From an uncultured Duncaniella sp. (GTDB taxonomy: Bacteria > Bacteroidota > Bacteroidia > Bacteroidales > Muribaculaceae): a stretch of DNA of 64,000 nt. The position numbers were made by a program, and so were the translations under genes. Position 1 is the stretch's first letter. Every line of letters starts with the position of its first letter. Location of the stretch: positions 15,842 through 79,841 of the forward strand of contig CAJTMJ010000016.1 in the NCBI GenBank assembly GCA_910577335.1, read 5' to 3'. This document shows, piece by piece, positions 46,944 to 56,205 of this stretch. A model generated the notes under the pieces. It was not told where the DNA came from and searched no databases. It saw only the letters and a program-made list of their open reading frames with translations.

Positions 46944-48614
46944 ATGAACATGTTTTGTTACCAATGTCAGGAGACGGCTCGTGGCAAAGGATGCGAGATT
47001 CAAGGGGTGTGCGGTAAAAAGCCGGAAACATCATCACGCATGGATCAGCTCTTATATATTGTGCGCGGTATGGCTATATTGAATCGCCTGCTGCGTGAAA
47101 AAGGCTCTGCCGATCGGGACGCTTCACATTTCATTATCGATGCGCTGTTTACCACTATTACAAATGCAAATTTTGATAATGATATGCTTGACGGATATCT
47201 TACCAAAGCTCTTGAATTGAAAAATGTGCTTGAAGGTGTTCTGAAGAAACATAATGTAGGGATTCCCTATATGCCGGAGGTATCCTATCATATATCGAAG
47301 GATAATTATGGTAAACTGGAAGTAGTGGATGCCGGAGGAACTCTCGACCAAGAGATTTTCAGTGTGTTACATGATAAGGATGAGAATATCAGAGGGCTAA
47401 AACAACTTGCCATTTACGGGTGTAAAGGCATGGCTGCGTATGCCCGACATGCCCTTAACCTTGGTTTCGAGGATGAGGATATTTATGCTATCATTGAGAA
47501 TACCCTTGCTGAGATAAGCCGTCCTGATGTTGATGCTAACGAGCTGTTCTCTATTGTGCTTAATGTAGGAGAAGGTGGTGTCAAGGCAATGGCGTTACTT
47601 GACAAAGCTAACACATCGACATTCGGCAATCCGGAAATCACCAATGTTAACATAGGCGTTGGCACTCGTCCGGGCATACTTGTGAGCGGTCATGACTTAA
47701 AGGATCTTGAAGAGTTGCTTGAACAGTCGGCTGGAAAGGGTGTGGATATCTATACCCATTCCGAGATGCTTCCGGCGCAGAGCTATCCGTTTTTCAAGAA
47801 ATATCCTCATTTCGCCGGTAATTATGGCAATGCGTGGTGGAAGCAGATTGATGAATTCGAGACATTTAATGGTATGTTCTTGTTTACATCCAATTGTATA
47901 GTGCCTCCGAGACCCAAGACAACATACATGGATAGAGTCTACACTACCGGTGTTGTAGGTATGCCGGGCACACACCATATTTCCGAAGGCATTGACGGCA
48001 AAAAAGATTTTTCTGAAATCATAGAACGTGCACAGAAATGTGAGCCTCCTACGGAAATCGAACATGGAGAGATAATAACCGGATTTGCTCATAATCAGGT
48101 GATTGCTCTTGCTCCGAAGATTATCGATCTTATAAAACGAGGCAAAATACGTAAATTTGTGGTAATGGCTGGTTGTGACGGCAGAATGCCCTCACGTAAG
48201 TATTATACAGAATTTGCAGAAAAGCTTCCCGAAGATTGCGTGATACTTACTGCAGGATGTGCTAAGTACCGTTATAACAAATTGCCACTCGGTGATATAG
48301 AGGGAGTCCCTCGTGTTCTTGATGCAGGACAGTGTAACGACTCCTATTCCCTTGTGGTAATTGCCATGGCTTTGAAGGAGGCGTTAGGGCTTAAAAATGT
48401 CAATGAATTGCCAATCGTATATAACATAGCTTGGTATGAACAGAAAGCTGTGATAGTGCTTCTTGCGTTGTTGAGCCTGGGAATTCAGAATATACACACA
48501 GGACCGACCCTGCCGGCATTCTTTACTCCTGACATACTCAAGGTGCTTCAGGAGAAATTCAATATCGGTACCATCACCACCGTAGATGAGGATTTGGCAA
48601 AACTTATCGGCTGA
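46944..48614 (+). CDS. hcp: Hydroxylamine reductase / hybrid-cluster protein
   Basis: 556-aa ORF with the N-terminal Cys motif MFCYQCQET...[10 protein letters not shown] and conserved hybrid-cluster ligands downstream. An alternative start is ATG 46950. Confidence 0.95.
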   Translation: MNMFCYQCQETARGKGCEIQGVCGKKPETSSRMDQLLYIVRGMAILNRLLREKGSADRDASHFIIDALFTTITNANFDNDMLDGYLTKALELKNVLEGVLKKHNVGIPYMPEVSYHISKDNYGKLEVVDAGGTLDQEIFSVLHDKDENIRGLKQLAIYGCKGMAAYARHALNLGFEDEDIYAIIENTLAEISRPDVDANELFSIVLNVGEGGVKAMALLDKANTSTFGNPEITNVNIGVGTRPGILVSGHDLKDLEELLEQSAGKGVDIYTHSEMLPAQSYPFFKKYPHFAGNYGNAWWKQIDEFETFNGMFLFTSNCIVPPRPKTTYMDRVYTTGVVGMPGTHHISEGIDGKKDFSEIIERAQKCEPPTEIEHGEIITGFAHNQVIALAPKIIDLIKRGKIRKFVVMAGCDGRMPSRKYYTEFAEKLPEDCVILTAGCAKYRYNKLPLGDIEGVPRVLDAGQCNDSYSLVVIAMALKEALGLKNVNELPIVYNIAWYEQKAVIVLLALLSLGIQNIHTGPTLPAFFTPDILKVLQEKFNIGTITTVDEDLAKLIG

Positions 48615-48677
48615 TAAAACGTATAGGTTTTGAGAACTATTCAAACTTAACGCATAAATCAGACATAAATAAACAAG

Positions 48678-48720
48678 TGACTCGTAAGGGGAATACAATT
48701 TCTCCGGACGAGTCATTTTT
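48678..48720 (+). terminator. Intrinsic terminator after hcp
   Basis: tgactcgt (48678-48685) pairs with acgagtca (48708-48715), with extra inner pairing. TTTTT follows at 48716-48720. Confidence 0.6.
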
Positions 48721-48763
48721 CATCAAATTGAATTTTTCGCACTCTTTGGGGCTTTCGGGGTAT

Positions 48764-48771
48764 TATCTTTG
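48764..48771 (+). promoter_or_regulatory. Candidate -7 box (TATCTTTG) for the 48852 gene
   Basis: TAnnTTTG match about 80 nt upstream of ATG 48852 and immediately upstream of the 14-bp tandem repeat. Confidence 0.4.
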
Positions 48772-48780
48772 CAATGTGAT

Positions 48781-48822
48781 TAAGAAATCACAAATAAGAA
48801 ATCACAAATAAGAAATCACAAA
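48781..48822 (+). repeat. Perfect 14-bp tandem repeat x3 (TAAGAAATCACAAA)
   Basis: Read directly: three identical back-to-back units at 48781-48794, 48795-48808 and 48809-48822. They lie between the candidate promoter and the start codon. Confidence 0.9.
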
Positions 48823-48851
48823 AAGAATAATAACCCACAAAAACTAATATT

Positions 48852-49385
48852 ATGAAACACATTTCAGCAAAAGCCTACAAGGGATTTAACCAGCGATTGA
48901 TTGACGCATTTAGAAGCATTGATCCGTACCATATTGATGGGATAGGTGTTGTGATGGGGATGATAGATCTTTATCTTGGCGAGAAGGATGTCATGTTTCA
49001 TGTCCGCTCAACTGTAGTGAAGTTGGCATATATGATGATATTGCCTGAGCTTGAGAAGGCTGTGGAGCGTTCGATGCGTGCCCGCAGGAATGCCGCTATC
49101 CGTCGTGAGAAGAAATTAGCTAAATTAGAAGCTGAGAAGAAGGAAAAACAGGCGGACAAAATGGAAAAACAGGCTGATAAGGAAGAGATACAGGCTGAAA
49201 CAGTTGAAAAACATGAGAATAAGGAGGAAAAACAGCCTGAAATTTCTGAAAAATCAGAGGTAACTACACCAGTGTCAATTCCTACAGACTCTAAATTGAA
49301 CTCTGTCGGAACAAATGGTACTGTGGTCATGACTGATAATGGTTTGAGGGTGCCTATTGGCATTACAGGCAGGATATTAACTTAA
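48852..49385 (+). CDS. Hypothetical protein with a K/E-rich repetitive central region
   Basis: 177-aa ORF with no recognisable family. The centre contains EKKEKQADKMEKQADKEEIQAETVEKHENKEEKQPEISEK with near-repeated EKQADK units. It is supported only by the ORF and the upstream promoter-like box. Confidence 0.45.
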   Translation: MKHISAKAYKGFNQRLIDAFRSIDPYHIDGIGVVMGMIDLYLGEKDVMFHVRSTVVKLAYMMILPELEKAVERSMRARRNAAIRREKKLAKLEAEKKEKQADKMEKQADKEEIQAETVEKHENKEEKQPEISEKSEVTTPVSIPTDSKLNSVGTNGTVVMTDNGLRVPIGITGRILT

Positions 49386-49469
49386 AGAATTAATTTGAAG
49401 AATTAACTTAAAGATTCTGTAAAAGGTCATAATCTACGTTTTTATTCGTTTGGCTTCAGAATTTTTATG

Positions 49470-49477
49470 TAAATTTG
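49470..49477 (+). promoter_or_regulatory. Candidate -7 box (TAAATTTG) upstream of repeat copy 2 and PBP1A
   Basis: TAnnTTTG match 25 nt before the repeat start at 49502. Confidence 0.4.
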
Positions 49478-49501
49478 CAATTCGAATTATAATCAGCAAA
49501 A

Positions 49502-49693
49502 GAACTGATTTAAACTTTTTATAAAATGTTAAACTCGGGCTGAAATTTACCATGTTTTCAATCTTTGAAGCTCTTTTCGGCTGAATTATCAGCCTCTCTT
49601 CGGTCACTTAGCTCGCTAAGCTCCCTCATCGAGCTGGTAATTCATCTCGAAAATAGCATCAAATCTTAAAAAATAAAAAGTTTAAGTCAGTTC
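49502..49693 (+). repeat. 192-bp inverted-repeat element, copy 2 (same orientation as copy 1)
   Basis: It has the same length as copy 1. By hand alignment there are 11 substitutions and no indels (about 94% identity). The termini are gaactgatttaaac... / ...gtttaagtcagttc. Confidence 0.7.
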
Positions 49694-49748
49694 AAACAAA
49701 AGAGATATAAGTTAGAACAATCAATCCAAGATAACATAACGATACTTC

Positions 49749-52151
49749 ATGGAACAAATTGATAATAAGCCTGATAAAGCACAAAAAACTAAAAAGCATC
49801 ATCGTGGCATCATAGCAACGATGTGGATTGTGTTTGCCGCAATGATTGTCGGTGTGTTTTTCTTCCTATTCCTTGTCTATAATGGTGTGATAGGCTACAT
49901 GCCGCCTGTCGAGGAATTGAAAAATCCTACCGATCGTTTCGCCTCGGTGCTATATTCGTCAGACGGTAAGGAGATAGGACGTTACTTCTCAGGAACCGGT
50001 AACCGAGTTTATGCCGATTTTGATGAAGTGTCGCAGCATGTGATAGATGCGCTGATATCAACCGAGGATGTGCGTTTTGAGGAACACTCTGGTATTGATA
50101 TGCGAGGTTTAGGACGTGTGTTGTTCAAGACTGTTCTTATGGGTAACAAAAATTCGGGCGGCGGCTCTACACTGACACAGCAGCTTGCCAAGCAGCTCTA
50201 TTCACCCACAAGTTCCGGGCTTATGACACGTGCCATGCAGAAGCCTATCGAGTGGATGATAGCTGTAAAACTCGAACGTTATTACTCAAAGGAGGAGATC
50301 ATAAAAATGTATCTTAACCAGTTCGATTTCCTCTATAACGCTGTGGGTATCAAGAGTGCGGCTCATATATATTTCGGGAAAGCTCCTAAGGATTTGACCA
50401 TCGAGGAAGCTGCCACTTTGGTGGGTATGGTTAAGAATCCTTCATATTATAACCCTGTAAGGCAGAATGAGCGCACCAGACAGCGCCGCAACGTTGTGCT
50501 GCAACAGATGGAGAAGAACGGGAAAATCACCAAAGAAGAGCTTGACAGCCTAAGCGCATTGCCCTTAAAATTAAAATTCCACAGGGTTGACACCAAGGAT
50601 GGCATTGCTCCTTATTTCCGTGAGGAACTTCGACGTATGCTCAGAGCTAAGAAACCGGAGCGTTCAAATTATCGCTCATGGGAGAAGCAGAAGTATGTCG
50701 ATGATTCTATAGCTTGGGAGACAAATCCGCTTTACGGATGGATTGAAAAGAATCCGAAGCCTGATGGTTCAAAATATGACATCTATACCGATGGTCTCAA
50801 GATCTACACCACCATTGACTCCAGAATGCAGAAATATGCCGAAGAAGCGGTGTCGGAGCATCTTGGAGGTGACTTGCAAAAGGCATTTTTCCGTGAAAAA
50901 CGCGGTATAAAAGGTGCCCCTTATACCACCGACCGTGCCGAGCTTTCGGAGATACGTCGCAATCACCTCATAAGAAATGCGATGAAGAACACCGACCGTT
51001 ACCGTGTGATGGTAAAGGCGGGAGCTTCACGTGAGGAGATAAACAAGGCATTCAACACTCCGAGAGAGATGAAGGTGTTCACTTACTCAGGCTCTGTTGA
51101 CACAGTGATGACTCCTCTTGACTCGGTTCTTTACCACAAGCATTTCCTTCGCACAGGATTTATGGCTATGGATCCGCTCAACGGGCATATAAAGGCATAC
51201 GTCGGAGGTCCGAATTTCTCATATTTCCAGTACGACATGGTATCAACCGGTAAGCGTCAGATAGGTTCTACCGTCAAGCCGTTCCTTTACACGTATGCTA
51301 TGGAGGAAGGCTTCACACCTTGCGATGAATTGTCAAATACTCAGCCTGTGCTGACTGATGAAGCAGGGCGAGTATGGGCACCGAGAAATGCCGGAAGTGC
51401 GAGAGTAGGGGAGATGGTGGATCTTAAATGGGCACTTACCAATTCTAACAACTGGATTTCTGCCCGACTTATCTCTCAGCTTTCACCGTCGTCGCTTGTG
51501 AGGACGATGCATAATTTCGGTATCACTTCCGATCTCCCTGCGGTGATGTCGCTTTGCCTCGGACCAGCTGATGTATCGGTCAAGGAGATGGTTACAGCCT
51601 ACTCAGCCTTTGCAAACAATGGTATGAGGGTTGACCCGATGTTTGTCACTGCGATAGCCGATAATAACGGTAACATAATTTCCGAATTTTCACCACGCCA
51701 TGTGGAGGTCATATCGGAGAAGGCATATTACCGTATATTATCCATGCTGCTGAATGTGGTGAACGAGGGTACGGCTCACAGGGTTCGTTCACGTTTCGGC
51801 TTGACTGCGGAGATGGGTGGCAAGACCGGTACCACCAACTATAATGCCGACGGATGGTTTATGGGATTCACCCCTCAGCTTGTGGCTGGCACATGGGTTG
51901 GCGGTGACGAACGTTACATCCACTTCAACACCATGGCTTACGGACAGGGTGCTTCGATGGCTCTCCCGATCTATGGCAGATTTATGAAGAAGGTATATGC
52001 GGATCCGACACTCAACTATTCGCAATCGGCACGATTTGACATCCCCGGAAATGTGAATCTCTGCGAGAAAGAATTTTATGGCTATTATGAGGAGCCTGTC
52101 GATGCTGACACCAATGCCGAGGAATCGTCGATAGAAGGTGTGTTTGATTAG
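49749..52151 (+). CDS. Class A penicillin-binding protein (PBP1A: glycosyltransferase plus transpeptidase)
   Basis: 800-aa ORF with an N-terminal TM anchor, GT51 motifs (EDVRFEEHSGID, GGSTLTQQ) and transpeptidase motifs (STVKP, SNN, KTGT). Confidence 0.95.
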   Translation: MEQIDNKPDKAQKTKKHHRGIIATMWIVFAAMIVGVFFFLFLVYNGVIGYMPPVEELKNPTDRFASVLYSSDGKEIGRYFSGTGNRVYADFDEVSQHVIDALISTEDVRFEEHSGIDMRGLGRVLFKTVLMGNKNSGGGSTLTQQLAKQLYSPTSSGLMTRAMQKPIEWMIAVKLERYYSKEEIIKMYLNQFDFLYNAVGIKSAAHIYFGKAPKDLTIEEAATLVGMVKNPSYYNPVRQNERTRQRRNVVLQQMEKNGKITKEELDSLSALPLKLKFHRVDTKDGIAPYFREELRRMLRAKKPERSNYRSWEKQKYVDDSIAWETNPLYGWIEKNPKPDGSKYDIYTDGLKIYTTIDSRMQKYAEEAVSEHLGGDLQKAFFREKRGIKGAPYTTDRAELSEIRRNHLIRNAMKNTDRYRVMVKAGASREEINKAFNTPREMKVFTYSGSVDTVMTPLDSVLYHKHFLRTGFMAMDPLNGHIKAYVGGPNFSYFQYDMVSTGKRQIGSTVKPFLYTYAMEEGFTPCDELSNTQPVLTDEAGRVWAPRNAGSARVGEMVDLKWALTNSNNWISARLISQLSPSSLVRTMHNFGITSDLPAVMSLCLGPADVSVKEMVTAYSAFANNGMRVDPMFVTAIADNNGNIISEFSPRHVEVISEKAYYRILSMLLNVVNEGTAHRVRSRFGLTAEMGGKTGTTNYNADGWFMGFTPQLVAGTWVGGDERYIHFNTMAYGQGASMALPIYGRFMKKVYADPTLNYSQSARFDIPGNVNLCEKEFYGYYEEPVDADTNAEESSIEGVFD

Positions 52152-52171
52152 AATATCACTCATTACAAATA

Positions 52172-52213
52172 TTAAGGGTAGCTCTTTTTTGAGGGCTACC
52201 CTTAACATTTTCA
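52172..52213 (+). terminator. Intrinsic terminator after PBP1A
   Basis: Perfect 11-bp stem: ttaagggtagc (52172-52182) pairs with gctacccttaa (52195-52205). A T-rich tail follows. Confidence 0.6.
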
Positions 52214-52277
52214 TGACTTTGGATGTTTTACCAAAAGGTAAACTTACGTTCAATTAAAATTGTACCGGTATATTTGT

Positions 52278-53081
52278 ATGAAGCATATCGTAATTATGGG
52301 AGCGACCTCGGGTATCGGGCTTAGAGTCGCAGAGATTTATGCCACAGCCGGCTGGCGAGTGGGAGTGGCTGGAAGAAAAGATGATGTGATGAAGGAACTC
52401 CAGAAGAGATTTCCGGAGAAAGTGGAGTGGGAGCATATCGATGTGACCCACAAGAGTGCCGTGACGAAGCTCGAACGCCTTATCCAGAATGTGGGCGGCA
52501 TGGATATATATCTTCATGTTGCAGGTATAGGCTTTGAGAACAGTTCGTTGGAAGTGGCTGAAGAGGTCTCGACTGTGGAGACCAATGTTGTGGGCTTTAC
52601 AAGAATGGTAGATACCGCTTTCAGATATTTCCGTGACAAATGCTCGGGAATCGGTCATATAGCCGCTATCACATCCATAGCCGGCACTAACGGGATAGGT
52701 GAGCTTGCAAGTTATTCATCTTCGAAAAAATTCCAGCAGACCTATCTGACCTCATTGGAACAACTTGCCAATAAGCAGGGGCTGAAAATATCATTTACAG
52801 ACATCCGTCCCGGCTGGATACGCACACCATTACTTAAACCTGACAGGGAATATCCTATGACCATGGAGTTAGAGGATATAATTCCGGCTATCATCAAGGC
52901 TTTGATACGTAAGAGCAGGATGGTGGTGATAGACAAGCGCTGGAATGTGGGATATAACCTTTGGCGTCTTATCCCTAACCGTCTGTGGGTGAAAATGCCA
53001 ATAAATGTGTCAACCAAGGCTGACCCGGTGGAAACTGCCGAGAACACTGTGGTTGAGGAAGCAGAAGCCACCCCGGTTTAA
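52278..53081 (+). CDS. Short-chain dehydrogenase/reductase (SDR) family oxidoreductase
   Basis: Begins MKHIVIMGATSGIGLRVA (TGxxxGxG Rossmann motif) and has YSSSK (YxxxK). I chose ATG 52278 over the TTG at 52260 in the ORF track. Confidence 0.85.
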   Translation: MKHIVIMGATSGIGLRVAEIYATAGWRVGVAGRKDDVMKELQKRFPEKVEWEHIDVTHKSAVTKLERLIQNVGGMDIYLHVAGIGFENSSLEVAEEVSTVETNVVGFTRMVDTAFRYFRDKCSGIGHIAAITSIAGTNGIGELASYSSSKKFQQTYLTSLEQLANKQGLKISFTDIRPGWIRTPLLKPDREYPMTMELEDIIPAIIKALIRKSRMVVIDKRWNVGYNLWRLIPNRLWVKMPINVSTKADPVETAENTVVEEAEATPV

Positions 53082-53831
53082 TCATTCCTGATCTTCTTCA
53101 GGTCGAAGTGTGAGCGTTCGCCGAGCTATGTAATCGGCGAACGCTTGCTTATAGCTGTCGGAAATAGGAATTGCTACCTTCCCGAACACTATGCGGTTGC
53201 GCTCTATGATTTTTATTTTTGGGAGGTTTACTATATAGGAGCGATGCACACGCATGAATCTGTTAGCCGGCAGGGTGCGTTCAAGCGCTTTCATGCTTAT
53301 AAGTGTCATGGTGGATTTGTCGGAACCCTCGGTGTAGATTTTCACATAATCCTTAAGTCCCTCGATGTAAAGAATATCCTTTACGGCTATCTGCACTAAC
53401 TTGTACTCGCTCTTTACTATTATATACTCTTGGTTTGCGGACGATAATTCACCTTCGTTACGGCGGCTGTTCAGCTCGTACCATTGCAAGGCACGGTTGC
53501 CGGCAGCGAGGAATTCGTCATAACTGATGGGTTTGAGCAGATAATCGAGTGCGTTTACACGGAATCCCTCAACGGCATAATTGTCGTAGGCGGTTGTAAA
53601 GATTATTCTTACTGACGGCGGGATTATCTTGGCGAACTCAATACCGTTGAGCTGCGGCATGTTTATGTCGAGAAACACCACGTCAACATCTCCGTCAAGG
53701 ATTGTGGATATGGCATCTTTGGGAGATGAGAACTCCCCGGCAAGTTCCATGAAAGGTGTCTTGGTGATATAAGAAGCTATGAGTCCTGATGCAAGGGGTT
53801 CATCATCGACAACGCAACAACGGAGTATCAT
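53082..53831 (-). CDS. LytTR-family response regulator
   Basis: 249-aa ORF with a receiver domain (CVVDDEPLA...DVVFLDINMP) and a C-terminal LytTR DNA-binding domain (FMRVHRSYIVN). Confidence 0.9.
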   Translation of the reverse strand: MILRCCVVDDEPLASGLIASYITKTPFMELAGEFSSPKDAISTILDGDVDVVFLDINMPQLNGIEFAKIIPPSVRIIFTTAYDNYAVEGFRVNALDYLLKPISYDEFLAAGNRALQWYELNSRRNEGELSSANQEYIIVKSEYKLVQIAVKDILYIEGLKDYVKIYTEGSDKSTMTLISMKALERTLPANRFMRVHRSYIVNLPKIKIIERNRIVFGKVAIPISDSYKQAFADYIARRTLTLRPEEDQE

Positions 53832-53846
53832 TTCGGTATAAGGGTA

Positions 53847-54983
53847 TTAGGCTCCCTGTTCAGTATCGGGAGTGTTGGTTAGACTTGATTTTAAGGTAGA
53901 GGGGTCATAAATGGGGATTGAGAGATCGACCACATAATGACTGTCAGTGATATTTATGGCGAGAATAGCCTTGTCGCCATACAGTAGTTGCAGACGGCGA
54001 CGGAGATTCTGCATACCGATGCCTCCCACGCTTGACATGGGGGGACGATTGTCAGGCGGTAAGATGGTGTTGGAGGTATGGCACTTGATCATCCCGTCGG
54101 CTGCAGTGATTGAAATATCTATCTTGTCGTCGGGATTGTTATGTATGCCATGCTTGAACACATTTTCGATGGGGGTTATAAATAGCAGTGGCGCTATGTT
54201 GCAGTTTTCGTAGCCTATCACATCGATTGCCACATTTATATCTAACGACGGGTTAAGTCGCAGACGCATCAGCTTGACGTAATTGTCGATGAAGTCTACC
54301 TCCTGCTTTATAGTGACGGATGTGGGGCTGTCGTAAAGCACATATCTCAGCAGTCGGCTCAGCTCATGCACCGCATCCTGAGCTTTGGTGGGTGAGATGG
54401 CTATCAGTGCATATATACTGTTGAGCGTGTTGAAAAGGAAGTGAGGATTCAGCTGACTTTTAAGATTTTTCAATTCTTCCTCACGCTGTGCGCTTATAAG
54501 ATCCTTTTTTTGCTGCCGGAGAAGCATCCATTTGTCGCTCAGTCGCAAAGCTGCCGCAAGCCCGATGGTAAGCACTATCATCACAAGGTCGCGGAGGAAC
54601 ACGGATGTCCAGCGCACTATGTACACATATTCAGAGTGATTGTGATGTTTCTTCCCGAATTTTTTCCAAGGTACACCTAACTGGTCGCCCCAGAAGCGCC
54701 ATATAAGATAGAGAATGAGAAGGGCTATGAGGAGCAGCAATAGGTTCTGTCCTAAAAAGCGAAGCACACTGTGCGAACGGTCTATGGAACGCTCGATGAT
54801 CACATAATAGTTCACGTAGAAGATTATGATATACACGAGAGCTTTGGCATAGACCCACAGATGTATAGGTTTGGAGGGGAATGAGAGGCTCCAAAGCAGC
54901 TCCGGTAGGACGAAGATGATTGTGATGCACAGAAGGTGCGTAAGAAATGTGGTGAGCTTCTGTTTATATCCTATATCGCGCAT
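53847..54983 (-). CDS. LytS/YehU-type sensor histidine kinase (His_kinase PF06580-like)
   Basis: 378-aa ORF with 4 or more N-terminal TM helices, the LKSQLNPHFLFNTLNSI H-region and a C-terminal ATPase domain. It lies 15 nt upstream of the LytTR regulator. Confidence 0.85.
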   Translation of the reverse strand: MRDIGYKQKLTTFLTHLLCITIIFVLPELLWSLSFPSKPIHLWVYAKALVYIIIFYVNYYVIIERSIDRSHSVLRFLGQNLLLLLIALLILYLIWRFWGDQLGVPWKKFGKKHHNHSEYVYIVRWTSVFLRDLVMIVLTIGLAAALRLSDKWMLLRQQKKDLISAQREEELKNLKSQLNPHFLFNTLNSIYALIAISPTKAQDAVHELSRLLRYVLYDSPTSVTIKQEVDFIDNYVKLMRLRLNPSLDINVAIDVIGYENCNIAPLLFITPIENVFKHGIHNNPDDKIDISITAADGMIKCHTSNTILPPDNRPPMSSVGGIGMQNLRRRLQLLYGDKAILAINITDSHYVVDLSIPIYDPSTLKSSLTNTPDTEQGA

Positions 54984-55104
54984 GTGATGATTATTTTATG
55001 CCTTGTTTCGCAAAGATAGTTTTTTTATGTGAAGCATACAAATGAATTAGACATTCGTGTGGGTTTCGCCGACAGAAGTGTCAGGATGCATGTACATATA
55101 AAAT

Positions 55105-55139
55105 TACCGGGCTGATGCGGAAATTGCATCAGCCCGGTA
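55105..55139 (-). terminator. Intrinsic terminator after tsf
   Basis: Perfect 14-bp stem: taccgggctgatgc (55105-55118) pairs with gcatcagcccggta (55126-55139). On the minus strand ATTTTATAT follows. Confidence 0.75.
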
Positions 55140-55170
55140 TTTATTGCGATGTTATGACTTTATCGGGAGA

Positions 55171-56163
55171 TTAGTCCTGATTGAGGTTCACACGCTTGAA
55201 GTCAACTACAACAAGACCCTTCTGAGTCTGGTCAAGGAACTGACCTACGGTAAGCTTGCTGTCCTGAACATATTCCTGTTCCATGAGGCAAGATTCCTTG
55301 AAGAACTTGTTGAGACGACCGTTGGCGATGTTCTGAATCATAGCTTCGGGGAGGTTTGCAGCCTTAGCCTCAGCTGTGGTCTTGATGATTTCACGACCCT
55401 TGGCAGCGTCTTCTTCAGTGATCCAACCCTTAGAGATGTTGCTCTCGATGTGGTCTTCAGAGTCGAAGTGGTTGGGGTTGAGACCTGCTTTTTTAAGAGC
55501 TGCTTCAACAGCCTTGCGAACCTGTTCCTGCTTGGTCTTTTCAACAGCTACGCTGATCTCCTGATCGATAGTAGCTTGGGGAACATCGTTGCGTGAAACA
55601 GCCACGGGGTTCATAGATGCGATCTGCATACAGATTTCGCGACCAACCTGAGGATCTACGCCTTCGAGGTTGAAACCTACGATAGCTGCGAGTTTGTTGT
55701 TGAAGTGGTTGTAAGCGGCGGTGGTAGGAGCCTCAACGGTAACGTAAGCACCGATTTCGGTCTTTTCACCGGTCTTACCGCTTTCCTCAGTGATGAGTTC
55801 GGCGATAGTCTGACCGTCAACAACGAAAGCTTTAAGCTCTTCAACAGTCTTGAACTTATTTTCCATGGCGATGTCCATGAGTTTTGTAGCGAGAGCGACA
55901 AAACCGGCATTCTTAGCCACGAAGTCAGTTTCACAGTTAAGTGCGAGGATAGCAGCGAACTTACCGTCGGTCTTAGCGATCACGTGACCTTCAGAAGCCT
56001 GACGGTCTTCACGCTTAGCGGCAACAGCCTGACCCTTCTTGCGGAGGATCTCAACAGCAGCCTCGATGTCACCGTTAGTCTCGGCGAGAGCTTTTTTGCA
56101 GTCCATCAAGCCGGCGCTTGTCAAGTTGCGGAGCTTGGTGATTTCTGCCATAGTAACTGCCAT
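55171..56163 (-). CDS. tsf: Translation elongation factor Ts
   Basis: 330-aa ORF with the N-terminal UBA-like motif ITKLRNLTSAGLMDCKKALAETNGDIEAAVEILRKKG. Confidence 0.97.
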   Translation of the reverse strand: MAVTMAEITKLRNLTSAGLMDCKKALAETNGDIEAAVEILRKKGQAVAAKREDRQASEGHVIAKTDGKFAAILALNCETDFVAKNAGFVALATKLMDIAMENKFKTVEELKAFVVDGQTIAELITEESGKTGEKTEIGAYVTVEAPTTAAYNHFNNKLAAIVGFNLEGVDPQVGREICMQIASMNPVAVSRNDVPQATIDQEISVAVEKTKQEQVRKAVEAALKKAGLNPNHFDSEDHIESNISKGWITEEDAAKGREIIKTTAEAKAANLPEAMIQNIANGRLNKFFKESCLMEQEYVQDSKLTVGQFLDQTQKGLVVVDFKRVNLNQD

Positions 56164-56205
56164 AATATAGAATTTTTGGAGTTTTAAAATGTGGATAAAA
56201 AGAGA

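Noticed and set aside
48781-48822. CRISPR array
   Set aside because: The repeats are only 14 bp, directly abutting with no spacers, and no cas genes are present in the window. It is reported as a plain tandem repeat instead.
52260-52277. TTG start for the SDR gene (the ORF track start)
   Set aside because: ATG at 52278 gives MKHIVIMGATSGIG, the canonical distance from the N-terminus to the Rossmann motif. The six extra codons add nothing recognisable.
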